DNA of 64,000 nucleotides, from contig JAHPZH010000001.1 of the NCBI GenBank assembly GCA_019058315.1, positions 1,411,318 to 1,475,317 of the forward strand, given 5' to 3'. The notes below the pieces were generated by a model. That model saw only the letters and a program-made list of their open reading frames with translations, was not told where the DNA came from and did no database searches. Every line of letters begins with the position of its first letter. The stretch's first letter is position 1. Shown here one piece after another: positions 8,655 through 18,512 of the stretch. Source of the stretch: Candidatus Helarchaeota archaeon (lineage in GTDB: Archaea; Asgardarchaeota; Lokiarchaeia; Helarchaeales; RDOG01). A program made the position numbers and the translations under genes.

Positions 8655-10529
8655 TTATATATGTCCTAAATACTTTAAATTATTTTTTTTTGCTATTTTA
8701 AATGCATGATTAGCTGAAATGAGTGCAATAAGAAAACAAGATAGGAAAATACCTAAAGCAATTAAAAATAAAAAAATAAATGAAAAAACTTGAGTGTAAA
8801 TTAAATAGAATGTTATAAATGAACCGATAACAATACCTAGAGCAGAAGGTAACAAGATTTCCATGAGAGATTGAATAAAAATTGTTCTTTTAATTAATGA
8901 AAATTTTGCACCAAGTGCTTTTAAAATACCAAAATCCTTTATTTGTCTTTTAATAGAGAGATTTAGATGTGAAATTAGATTACTAAATACAATACCAAAT
9001 AAAATGAAGGGAAATATCAAAAAAGGGATCCAGAAAATGTTCGTGTAAATTAAATTATTGTTTAGGAACCAATCTGTTCCAAGCATAATATAATCTTTTC
9101 CAAGTTCTCGAAGTTTATCTGCTATCTCAATTAAACTTCCGAGATGAAAATATTTAATTAGAAGAAGGTTATGATCCGGGATATTTGAAATCTCTTGCAG
9201 ATGATCAATATTCATATATAATACATTTCCACCGTTAATAGGATCGGAACATATGCCTAGAACTTGATATATTGGTATAAAATTTGGTGGACCACCTTCA
9301 GCACCATGAATAAGCAAATGCTCTACACTACTATCATCAAATAAATTATTCTCTAACCAATCACCTGATATAATAAAATAAGGCCCACTTAGATAGAGGA
9401 CCAGTCGAAAAGGTTGTCCTTTAATTAGATTTGTATCAGGAATAAAACGTTCTGGGTGAGCACCAATTATAAAACTACTAACAATCCTAGTTTGACCAAT
9501 TTGGTTATAACCCACAATATGTGGAACCTCTTGTACGATATATTCCATAACTAACCGTGGATCAATTACAATACCCCGTATAGATAAAAAATTTGAAATT
9601 ACAGTAGAATTTAGGAGATACTTATTCCTTGTGTAATTTAAATTTGAGCGAAAATGCATTTGATATAAGACCATTCGGCCAGTATATTGAAAAACAACAT
9701 CTTTATGACCAACCACAACAATATTTTCTCCATAAGCGGCTTTTTGGTTATCTATTATGGTCTGTTTGAATAAAATTGAGCCCATTAGTGAAACAGAAAT
9801 TAATATCATTCCCATTAGAATATTCAGGAATAATCGATCTGATTTTTTTCTTTGACGTTTAATGTTTCTTTTTGCGAAATTGTATGCAAGTCCAAATCTG
9901 AACCTTCGAGATTTTGTTTTTTTAGGTTTAAATAATTTTTCTTCTAGTTCAACCTCATCTGATAATAATTTCGTTACACTTTTCCCATAAGTAAATATTA
10001 CCTGTAATCCGCCAAATAACCAAGATAAAAATATGAAGAGAATAAATTGGGATATTATTCCCCATATCGGGAAATTATTACTGATGAAATACATCGATTT
10101 CATAAAAAAATAAAAAATTTCATATCCTAAAAATCCGAAAATCATTCCCAAAATAACTCCTATTATTGCGATAATTAGAATTTCCCATAATAATACCGAT
10201 TTAATAGTTTCTGGGATCCCTCCAATTGCTTTTATTGTTCCAATCTCTTTTTGCCTGCTTATTATCATTCCAGAAAAGATATTAAAGAAAATAAAGAATC
10301 CACTTATAAAACTCATTACAATTATGAGAAAATTATAACTCGCAATAAATTGAAACAACCAGTTAGAAGAATTCATATTGAATAAATCATATTCAAAATT
10401 CGCTCCTAAAATAAGTAAAAAAGTGATCAAACCATTTATTATAATAAGAGTTATAAGTGCGGCTTTAATTTCAGTCCATCTATGACTAAAATCCCGCTTT
10501 ATATATTGCCTAACATTCACATTAACCAC
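8655..10529 (-). CDS. FtsX/MacB-like ABC transporter permease (two permease units)
   Basis: RQKEIGTIKAIG and KDFGILKALGA motifs; multiple TM helices. Confidence 0.88.
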   Translation of the reverse strand: MVNVNVRQYIKRDFSHRWTEIKAALITLIIINGLITFLLILGANFEYDLFNMNSSNWLFQFIASYNFLIIVMSFISGFFIFFNIFSGMIISRQKEIGTIKAIGGIPETIKSVLLWEILIIAIIGVILGMIFGFLGYEIFYFFMKSMYFISNNFPIWGIISQFILFIFLSWLFGGLQVIFTYGKSVTKLLSDEVELEEKLFKPKKTKSRRFRFGLAYNFAKRNIKRQRKKSDRLFLNILMGMILISVSLMGSILFKQTIIDNQKAAYGENIVVVGHKDVVFQYTGRMVLYQMHFRSNLNYTRNKYLLNSTVISNFLSIRGIVIDPRLVMEYIVQEVPHIVGYNQIGQTRIVSSFIIGAHPERFIPDTNLIKGQPFRLVLYLSGPYFIISGDWLENNLFDDSSVEHLLIHGAEGGPPNFIPIYQVLGICSDPINGGNVLYMNIDHLQEISNIPDHNLLLIKYFHLGSLIEIADKLRELGKDYIMLGTDWFLNNNLIYTNIFWIPFLIFPFILFGIVFSNLISHLNLSIKRQIKDFGILKALGAKFSLIKRTIFIQSLMEILLPSALGIVIGSFITFYLIYTQVFSFIFLFLIALGIFLSCFLIALISANHAFKIAKKNNLKYLGHI

Positions 10530-10553
10530 AAAAATTTAAAAATTATCTATTTT

Positions 10554-11261
10554 TTAAAAAAGATTTTCTAAAAGTGAAGATGGCTTTTCCGTTTTCATTT
10601 CACCTTCATATAAATACATAGTTCTGTCTGCCAATTTCAAAATTTGTTGATTATGAGTTACTACAATTATAGTTTTTTCTTTGGATTTTAAATTATTAAG
10701 TAATAAAATAATATTTTCCGAATTTTGTTTATCCAAATTAGCTGTAGGTTCATCTGCTAGAATTATTGGTGGATCATTAACCAGAGCTCGTGCAAATGAT
10801 ATACGACGTTGTTCACCATTACTTAATTGGGAGGGTAAATGTTCTGACCGTTCTGCAAGATTTACTAGATTTAACATTTTTAAAGCACGCCTTTTAATCC
10901 GCTCTTCCCCAAATTCAAGTAAGAATAAGGGCAGCTCTATATTTTCTCTTGCGGTAAATGTAGAAATTAAGTTATAATCTTGAAAAACAATTCCTATATT
11001 CAAAGCTCTGTAAAGAGTCATTCTTTCTTCATTTAAAGTTGAATATTTTTTGCCAGAAACTATAATTTCTCCCGAATCAGGTTTATCTAATCCTGCAATC
11101 ATATTTAATAATGTAGTTTTCCCAGCTCCGCTTGGACCACTTATGACTAAAAATTCTCCTTCTCTAATTTTTAAATTAATATCTTTTAAAGCTGTAATTT
11201 TATTTGAATGGATTGTATAACTCTTATTTATATCAGTTAATTTTATAATATCTTCTGCCAA
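10554..11261 (-). CDS. ABC transporter ATP-binding protein (LolD/MacB type)
   Basis: Walker A GPSGAGKTT, signature LSNGEQRR, Walker B ILADEPT, VVTH. Confidence 0.95.
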   Translation of the reverse strand: MAEDIIKLTDINKSYTIHSNKITALKDINLKIREGEFLVISGPSGAGKTTLLNMIAGLDKPDSGEIIVSGKKYSTLNEERMTLYRALNIGIVFQDYNLISTFTARENIELPLFLLEFGEERIKRRALKMLNLVNLAERSEHLPSQLSNGEQRRISFARALVNDPPIILADEPTANLDKQNSENIILLLNNLKSKEKTIIVVTHNQQILKLADRTMYLYEGEMKTEKPSSLLENLF

Positions 11262-11298
11262 GATTGTAAAAACTCCAAAAAATTAGAAATACCGGTAT

Positions 11299-12177
11299 TT
11301 AACTAATAAAATTTATTTCATCACCTTGAATTCCTATTGTTTTCAGTATTTCCTCTGCTTCATTAATTATATTTTTTACTAAATCCTCAGCTGAAATTAT
11401 TTTATTAATTATTCCCGCTGCCATAGAAATAGGACTCATTTTTGGACGATCTGACTCAAAATGACAAACGGATTTAATCATTTTTGGATCAAAAGAATCT
11501 GCTTCAATAATATTCTGTTTCCAATTATTATCAATTGGGCTTTCTTTAGTAGCAAGAAATGCTGTACATAAATGAACAGCTTGTGCACCCAAGATTAACG
11601 AAGCTAAAAATCCTTTTCCATCACTAATTCCTCCCGAAGCTATGAAAGGAATATTAATTAATCTATTTGCATTGACCATATTAATGAGAAAGGTGTTCTG
11701 TTTCGGATTTTTAAGACCGCCGCCTTCGAGTCCAGTTAATATTATTGCATCAGCACCCATCTTAACCCCACTTAAAGCATGTTTCATTGTGGTTACTTTA
11801 TGAATCCAATTCATACCATATTCTCTAGATTCTTTGCCAAAAGCCTCTATTCGGCCTGCAGCTGTAATTATTGTTTTTACTCCCTCTTCATTTAATATCT
11901 CAAGATATCTATAAAATGGATGTGTGAGTTCTATTTTACCAGGCGCTGTAAAATTTACTCCGAATGGATTATTTGTAATATTTTTAATTTTCAATATTGC
12001 ATCCCTGAAATCGTCTTCGCTTTTAAAATAAGAAGCTGTTAAGATACCAAAGCCACCAGCTTTACTTACTGCAGCTGCTAATTCTGTATCATCATGTCTT
12101 GCAAATGCGCCCAAGATTATGGGATATTTGCATCCTAACATTTCAGTGATTTTTGTTTTCCATTTCAAGTTTGTCAC
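11299..12177 (-). CDS. Nitronate monooxygenase / FabK-like FMN oxidoreductase
   Basis: KYPIILG, AAAVSKAGGFG, PFGVN, GLEGGG, ASGGISDG, FLATKES. Confidence 0.88.
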   Translation of the reverse strand: MTNLKWKTKITEMLGCKYPIILGAFARHDDTELAAAVSKAGGFGILTASYFKSEDDFRDAILKIKNITNNPFGVNFTAPGKIELTHPFYRYLEILNEEGVKTIITAAGRIEAFGKESREYGMNWIHKVTTMKHALSGVKMGADAIILTGLEGGGLKNPKQNTFLINMVNANRLINIPFIASGGISDGKGFLASLILGAQAVHLCTAFLATKESPIDNNWKQNIIEADSFDPKMIKSVCHFESDRPKMSPISMAAGIINKIISAEDLVKNIINEAEEILKTIGIQGDEINFIS

Positions 12178-12204
12178 CTTTTAAAAAAAAATAGAAAAGA
12201 AATA

Positions 12205-13098
12205 TTAGATCATTTTTGCACTTTTTAATCCTTTTATGTACCAATCGCCAAACATATTGGAAAATGCTTCCAGCTCTTGTTCACTTGCTTCTGTAAATAC
12301 TTTTTTTAATTCAATTTTCACTGCGTTAATCATACCTTCTGTAGTTGGATTTTCCTTCCATTTGGAGATCAATAATTTTTTCCAGTAATCATAGAATTTC
12401 TTTGCTTCATCTGGAAATTTTTTTGCTAGATCTTCTGTTAAACAGCCAAAATGTGCGGGAGAAAGTGTTATATAATCGATTTTTTTAACTTTGTCAATTG
12501 ATGCAAGCAATTTCTTTTCAGAAAATTCCGGGGGCATTAATGGAGCCATCATGAGATCTTCAGCGGGTTTGTAGCCTAAAGAATCACCTAAAAATAAATT
12601 TTTATTCTTTTGATCAAGAATAGCAATACAACAATTTGTATGACCTGGAGTTTCAAAAATCTTTAATTCTATGCCTCCTATATCAATAATATCATTTTCT
12701 TTTAAAGGAGTAACATCTTCTATGGGCTTTAATTTTGAAACAAATTCTGAAAATCCTCCATTAAATTCTTGTTGATTTTTAAGTGATTCCAAACCCTTAT
12801 TGGAAGCCATTATTTCGAGTTTTGGTAACTTTTTTTTAATTTTATTTGTTCCTCCACTATGATCCCAGTGAGAATGAGTTAGAATAAGAATATCAGGTAT
12901 TAAATTCAAGTCTTCTAATTTTTTAACTATTCCTCTGGCTTCCGAGGGCCCTGAAGCATCAATTAATACTTTCTTTTTTGTCCCAACGACCAAATAGCAA
13001 GCCATACTTTGCTCTCTACCAAATAGCATTGAGTCAATTAAATAAGTGTCGTCGTTTATTTTTCCTTCTTCTTTTATCCATCCCAATCTAAACACCAA
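12205..13098 (-). CDS. MBL-fold metallo-hydrolase
   Basis: THSHWDHSGG, TPGHT, GDS, AHFG. Confidence 0.92.
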   Translation of the reverse strand: MVFRLGWIKEEGKINDDTYLIDSMLFGREQSMACYLVVGTKKKVLIDASGPSEARGIVKKLEDLNLIPDILILTHSHWDHSGGTNKIKKKLPKLEIMASNKGLESLKNQQEFNGGFSEFVSKLKPIEDVTPLKENDIIDIGGIELKIFETPGHTNCCIAILDQKNKNLFLGDSLGYKPAEDLMMAPLMPPEFSEKKLLASIDKVKKIDYITLSPAHFGCLTEDLAKKFPDEAKKFYDYWKKLLISKWKENPTTEGMINAVKIELKKVFTEASEQELEAFSNMFGDWYIKGLKSAKMI

Positions 13099-13105
13099 AT
13101 TTTAT

Positions 13106-13339
13106 TTAATGAGTTAAAATATGTTCTTCTAATATTTTAGCTTGATCTTTAACATGTTTTTTAAGAATATTTATTATTTGGTTTCTTAGTTTATCATGAG
13201 AAATTTGACATTGTTTGGGGATTTCCATAGATTTTCTAGCTATCTTTGAAGTATTTTCAGTAATTTGTAACGTTTCGGCAGCAATTATGCTGTTTAATAA
13301 TATGAGATCTTTTAATAATTCTTTAATATCATCTGACAT
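13106..13339 (-). CDS. Hypothetical helical protein
   Basis: 77-aa ORF tightly packed within the minus-strand operon. Confidence 0.75.
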   Translation of the reverse strand: MSDDIKELLKDLILLNSIIAAETLQITENTSKIARKSMEIPKQCQISHDKLRNQIINILKKHVKDQAKILEEHILTH

Positions 13340-13349
13340 TTTTATTCAG

Positions 13350-13916
13350 CTATTTATTTAATTGCAACACTAAAGATTCTACTTTTTTTGCCAAATTTAT
13401 GACGGTTTTTAACCCGATTTCATCTTTTTCAGCAGGTTCGTGAGCTAAACCTCCAAAATGAGCAGTTTCCTGATCACTAACAATAAGACATTCATGAACT
13501 AAGAATGCACTTTGTATCGATCTGGCAACTAATTCCTGACCACCATTTCTAGAACGACCTACAGCTATAACTCCAACTACTTTATTTCTTAATGCCATTT
13601 TATGACGTCTTAATACTAAAGTACGGTCAATTAAAGCTTTACATTGAGCAGTCATATTTCCAAAATATACTGGACTTCCAATAATTAACCCATTACAGTT
13701 TCGTAAAGATGGATAAATTTTCTGCATATCATCTTGGATAGTACATTCCGGCTTTTCTTTACAAGCATCACAACTTGTACAAGGTTTTACCTCTAGTTCA
13801 GCCAAGGAAATAAACTTGGTTTCACAATTTTTAATATTCTCTAAAGCTTTTTTAATTAAAAATTCGGTATTTTTATTCTTACGAGGACTTGTTGAAATTC
13901 CTAAAATTTTAGCCAT
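13350..13916 (-). CDS. Iron-sulfur flavoprotein (Isf/WrbA-like flavodoxin family)
   Basis: STSPRKNKNT, CTSCDACKEKPEC cluster motif, GSPVYFG, RNGGQE. Confidence 0.92.
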   Translation of the reverse strand: MAKILGISTSPRKNKNTEFLIKKALENIKNCETKFISLAELEVKPCTSCDACKEKPECTIQDDMQKIYPSLRNCNGLIIGSPVYFGNMTAQCKALIDRTLVLRRHKMALRNKVVGVIAVGRSRNGGQELVARSIQSAFLVHECLIVSDQETAHFGGLAHEPAEKDEIGLKTVINLAKKVESLVLQLNK

Positions 13917-14054
13917 TAATATTTCACCCTTAAATGTTTTAATTCAAATTACTGTCAATTAATTTATAATTGTATTTCTAATTTAGATGATAACAAATAG
14001 TGTTTTACAAAAAAAAGGCTCTAAAAAATTTTTAAAATAAAAAATTAGAATTTC

Positions 14055-14843
14055 TTAACTTTTTAATAAATCCATAGCAACTTTTGCGGCTTGTTTTCCA
14101 CTAATGAGCATACCTCCAAAAATAGGACCCATTCGAGGGGAACCAAGAACTGCATTTGCTGCCATTCCAGCTACAATTAAACCGGGATAAACCTCGACCG
14201 TATTTTCGACAAGAGCTTTTTCTCCTATATCTGCCCACATAGGTAACTCTCCAACTATCTTACCCGTTTTTGTTTTTAATTGTGCTCCAGGTATTTTATT
14301 AAGCACTACATTACAGACCTCTGCAGCATGGCCAGTAGCATCAATTACTAATTTTGCTCGGATTGTTATAGGGTCCACATGCAATTTAGCTAATTCAACT
14401 GCACTCCAATTAAGTACGAGACCTGTTATCCGTTTATCCTCTCCTCTTATCATAACATCTTCTACTGAAATTAGATTAAAAATTTTTGCACCTGCATCAC
14501 ATGCACCAGATGTAATTTTTGCTACAGATTCTACAGAATTTGCATAATAATAATTGGGCACATATTGTTCTGTTTTAATGTTATATTCTTCTAATATTTC
14601 TTTGCCTTCTTTTTGTACAACAATCAGAGGAAACATAGCACCGCCGCCCCACATTCCTCCACCTACAGATAACTTGCGTTCGAATATTACAGTTTTTACA
14701 TTATTTTCTGCAAGTTCTTTAGCAGCGACCATTCCTGCGGGTCCAGCACCTGCTATGGCAACATCAACATCGGTATATTCCACAAATAACTTCGTAAAGT
14801 TCTCGATTATCGCTTTAGTAATGACTACTTCATCTAATTTCAT
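14055..14843 (-). CDS. thi4: Sulfide-dependent adenosine-diphosphate thiazole synthase
   Basis: GAGPAG, GGGMWGGG, LHVDP (His at the position of the yeast sacrificial Cys), DATGH, PRMGPIFGGM. Confidence 0.95.
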   Translation of the reverse strand: MKLDEVVITKAIIENFTKLFVEYTDVDVAIAGAGPAGMVAAKELAENNVKTVIFERKLSVGGGMWGGGAMFPLIVVQKEGKEILEEYNIKTEQYVPNYYYANSVESVAKITSGACDAGAKIFNLISVEDVMIRGEDKRITGLVLNWSAVELAKLHVDPITIRAKLVIDATGHAAEVCNVVLNKIPGAQLKTKTGKIVGELPMWADIGEKALVENTVEVYPGLIVAGMAANAVLGSPRMGPIFGGMLISGKQAAKVAMDLLKS

Positions 14844-15032
14844 ATTCGATCAGACTCAATTATAGATTTATTTCTTTTGAATTATAAACAAATTTGCTCT
14901 TATAATAAAACTTAATAAATATAATTTTAAATTGTCCTTTAAGGAGTGAATATCATACTTTTGATTTAATTATTAAGATAATATCGAATCATAAAATTGA
15001 ATTCAAAAATATTGTTATATGTGGGACAATAA

Positions 15033-16889
15033 ATGAGAAAAGGTTTTTTATTGGGTGGAATAGGTAATTTAATTTATTTAATAATAACTCCAATTTATGT
15101 CTTTTTACGTCATACAACCTACTTTTCTTTAGGGGGTTTAAATATTTTTATTAACTTTGATTATGATAATTCTCTTCATCTATTTTATTTTATTATAGGT
15201 ATTAGTATATTTTTAATGGGATTTGGACACCTTGAATTTTTCAATGAGAATCGTATCGAGATTTCACGCTCTACTTTTATTTTTTCTTTGATAATAGTTG
15301 TTTTTTCAATTTTTTATCATCCTAAACTAATAAATCCTATCTCAATTGATTATAGACTTTTTGATTTTATTGTATTATTTGCATCTAACACTTTAATGGC
15401 ATTTTTTTTCCTATTTTCTGCTGCAAGTTTAATTAAAAATCGGGAATTTGGGAAAAATGAAACCATTATTCTAACAAATGGATTATTTATTTTGATTTTA
15501 AGCTGCATTTGTGAACTATTATCCATTATTAATTTCATTATTTCATTAGATTTTTATTTTACAAGAGCAGGAATATCAAATCAATTATTTTTATTTATGT
15601 TGTGGACCGGTTCAACTGATCCTCATGTTTTTCCAATTTACACTTTATTTTATTTCACAACTGTCTATGGTGCAACTTTTCCAAATATTGCTACTTATTT
15701 CCTCATTTGGTTTTTCTCATTAATACCCTTAGGATTTCTAGGAATTTTAACTGCATATAATTTCTTTAAAGAAATAGTAACAACTGGAATTTATAACAAG
15801 AACAAGGAAAAAATTAAACAAGAATTATTATTAGAGCTTAGAGAAGCGTCAAATAGATATAGTGGGACAACTTTGGAGGCTTTAAAATCAAAGACAGGAT
15901 ATAATAAATCATATTTAAGTTCATTAATCAAAGAAATGATATCTGAAGGAATTTTTCAAGGGGTTATTAGAAGAAATATTATATCTTTTGAAACTAGATA
16001 TAAAACTCCATCTCGTTTAATTAAAAAAACACCAATAAAAGATTTTGATAAAGTGATAGCATCTGAACATGTTGGTATTAAAGCATTTAGAGGTGGCGAA
16101 ATTCAAGGAAGAACATATATTTATAAAATAAAAGTCGAAAATAATACGAAATATAACATTACAGATTTAATATTTCAAATTGTTTCTTATCCAGAAGATA
16201 GTATCGAATTACTGGGGGAACCTTATGATGAAGTTTCGAAATTGGATGTAGGAGGTTTTGTAAGTCCAACTTTTGAATTCGTACCAACTAGAGATTGTAT
16301 TATGGGAACTATTCATTCGACAGTCACTTATATTGATCATTTAAATAAACCTCATACAATAAATGTTGAACCATTTACAATCTCTTTAGTTTGTGGTCTA
16401 TTAAGAGCAAAAGAAATTGATATTAATGAATTTACCAGAATTACCGAAGAATTATTGGATTTTGAAAAAACTGGTGAAGAGATAAAAATACCCTATAATT
16501 CCAAATTGATATTTGATAAATTAAAGATTTTATTACCTGATTACAACTTCTGGTTTGTTACAAAACCGGAATATCGAATCCTTGGAGATATGTTTATTGG
16601 AGAATTTAATGGTTTTGCAGAAGGCAAGTATAATAAGAAGGGTGTTGGACTAAAAATTACTATTACAGGGAAGGTTGATAGTGATTTTTGTATGGGATTG
16701 ATTGAAGTTTATGCTCAAGACAATGCAATGCTCCCGCCTTTAATTTCCGAATTAAGTAAAAAGATTATTATTTGGAGCTGTAAAGAATGTAATGCTCCAA
16801 TTGATAAAGAAGCTGTTGAAAAATTATTAAGAAATCAACCTATTGAATGTAAATACTGTGGATTTGTGATTACAAAATTATTAATCTAG
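15033..16889 (+). CDS. Polytopic membrane protein with cytoplasmic PCI-like winged helix, GAE/platform-like domain and C-terminal Zn ribbon
   Basis: About 6-7 hydrophobic N-terminal segments; LIKEMISEGIFQGVI; YKIKVENNT...FEFVPTRDC...IHSTVTY region resembles ORF 3-2921; CKEC...CKYC. Confidence 0.75.
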   Translation: MRKGFLLGGIGNLIYLIITPIYVFLRHTTYFSLGGLNIFINFDYDNSLHLFYFIIGISIFLMGFGHLEFFNENRIEISRSTFIFSLIIVVFSIFYHPKLINPISIDYRLFDFIVLFASNTLMAFFFLFSAASLIKNREFGKNETIILTNGLFILILSCICELLSIINFIISLDFYFTRAGISNQLFLFMLWTGSTDPHVFPIYTLFYFTTVYGATFPNIATYFLIWFFSLIPLGFLGILTAYNFFKEIVTTGIYNKNKEKIKQELLLELREASNRYSGTTLEALKSKTGYNKSYLSSLIKEMISEGIFQGVIRRNIISFETRYKTPSRLIKKTPIKDFDKVIASEHVGIKAFRGGEIQGRTYIYKIKVENNTKYNITDLIFQIVSYPEDSIELLGEPYDEVSKLDVGGFVSPTFEFVPTRDCIMGTIHSTVTYIDHLNKPHTINVEPFTISLVCGLLRAKEIDINEFTRITEELLDFEKTGEEIKIPYNSKLIFDKLKILLPDYNFWFVTKPEYRILGDMFIGEFNGFAEGKYNKKGVGLKITITGKVDSDFCMGLIEVYAQDNAMLPPLISELSKKIIIWSCKECNAPIDKEAVEKLLRNQPIECKYCGFVITKLLI

Positions 16890-16930
16890 CCTATAATAAG
16901 CAGTAAAACGAAATATTATTAGATGCCTTT

Positions 16931-17584
16931 TTAGAAATATAGTATTTTAGCAGATTTTAAACTTTGTTGAATTAAATCATTTATATTAATTTTTGCTTCT
17001 ATCTCCAGAATTTTATCTAAATTGGCATATGTTACAGGATATTTAGGGTTGGCTGTACAAGAATATGCCTTTTGAATAGAAGCTTTATAAGTTCCTATTT
17101 TTTTAGCGATATTTTCTATTTCTAATTTAAATAATGCTATTAGAGGTTGGATTATTAAAAAATCTCCAACGGATTCTTTCATTATATATAAGTTCATTGG
17201 AGTTTGGCTTGCTTTTTCGCCTAAACTTTCACCAGTCACAATTGCTTTTGCTTCATTTTCTAAAGCAATTTCCTTTGCAATCCTATACATCATACGTCTA
17301 CAAAGTACACAAATATTTCTTCCTGCATTACTTTGCTGTAATTCTTTAATTATCAAATTATGATCAATTAAATACGTTTTTATTTGCTCATCAAGAAAAT
17401 TTGATAAAATTTTAATTATCGCAAATACTCCATTCGCTAATATTTCATCAGAAAGAGGATCAGTTAGAGATTTATGAAAATGAACTATTAAAGGAATATA
17501 ACCTTGTTTAATCGTTAAATAACAAGCAACTGGCGAATCCGTTCCACCAGACATTAAGCAAACAAATTTTTCTTTATCTTTCAT
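16931..17584 (-). CDS. thiI: ThiI-family tRNA sulfurtransferase catalytic (PP-loop) domain, no THUMP domain
   Basis: SGGTDSPVA, CVLCRRMMYRIA, TGESLGEKASQT, KKIGTY, distal Cys. Confidence 0.85.
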   Translation of the reverse strand: MKDKEKFVCLMSGGTDSPVACYLTIKQGYIPLIVHFHKSLTDPLSDEILANGVFAIIKILSNFLDEQIKTYLIDHNLIIKELQQSNAGRNICVLCRRMMYRIAKEIALENEAKAIVTGESLGEKASQTPMNLYIMKESVGDFLIIQPLIALFKLEIENIAKKIGTYKASIQKAYSCTANPKYPVTYANLDKILEIEAKININDLIQQSLKSAKILYF

Positions 17585-17694
17585 AACCTCAATCCTTAAC
17601 TTTAAAATTAAAATTTCGTTTTTTATTACAATTAAGTAAATTTTAAAAATTATCTAATTAAATCTTAAAAAAATTCAATATAGGTTTTGATTTT

Positions 17695-18501
17695 TTGGAT
17701 AAAAACATTCAAAAAAAAATTGATGAAGTCCATAAGATTCTAAAAAATAAAAAAGTACTAGTTGCCTATTCTGGTGGAGTGGATAGTAGTACAATTTCTA
17801 GTTTAGCTAAGGATGTTTGTGATAGAGTTTTTGCAGTTACTGTGTATTCTCAATTAATGACAGAGGATGAATTAAAAAATGCCAAAGAAACTGCAAATAA
17901 AATGGGCATAGAATGGAAAGTAATAGAACTTAATATATTATCTAACGAAAAATTTGTTGAAAATCCACCTGATAGATGTTATTATTGTAAAAAAGAAATT
18001 TTAAACGAACTTTTATCTATTGCAAAGGAAGAAGGATTAGATCTTATTATTGATGGAACAAATGCAGATGATTTAGAAGATCATAGACCAGGTCATGTAG
18101 CGCTTGTAGAATTAAATGTCAGATCTCCACTAGCTGAAGCAGGTATTAGAAAAAATGAAATAAGGGAAATAGCTAAATCTCGGGGTCTAGATGTTTGGGA
18201 TCGCCCTTCTTTGGCATGTTTAGCCTCACGTATACCTTATGGGAGGAAAATTACAGAAGAAAAATTAACAATAATTGAAAAAGCTGAAAGAGTCATCAAA
18301 CATAAAGCCCATGTCAAGGTTGTGAGAGTGAGATGCTATGATGATTTAGCAAAAATAGAAATTGGAAAAAAAGAGATGAAAAATATATTATCTGAAGAAA
18401 TTTTAAACGATATAACGGATTATTTGAAAAATTTAGGGTTTAAATATGTAACATTGGATTTAGAAGGATATAGATCCGGTGCTTTAGATGAAATTCTTTA
18501 A
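17695..18501 (+). CDS. larE: LarE-family ATP-dependent sulfur insertase
   Basis: AYSGGVDS, NPPDRCYYCK, DGTNADD..DHRPG, ACLASRIPYG, RVR, DLEGYRSG. Confidence 0.93.
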   Translation: MDKNIQKKIDEVHKILKNKKVLVAYSGGVDSSTISSLAKDVCDRVFAVTVYSQLMTEDELKNAKETANKMGIEWKVIELNILSNEKFVENPPDRCYYCKKEILNELLSIAKEEGLDLIIDGTNADDLEDHRPGHVALVELNVRSPLAEAGIRKNEIREIAKSRGLDVWDRPSLACLASRIPYGRKITEEKLTIIEKAERVIKHKAHVKVVRVRCYDDLAKIEIGKKEMKNILSEEILNDITDYLKNLGFKYVTLDLEGYRSGALDEIL

Positions 18502-18512
18502 TATTATAAAAT

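Noticed and set aside
13106-13339. Possible SepCysE/SepCysN accessory protein
   Set aside because: No resemblance I can support to the SepCysE N-terminal domain, and it is not adjacent to pscS.
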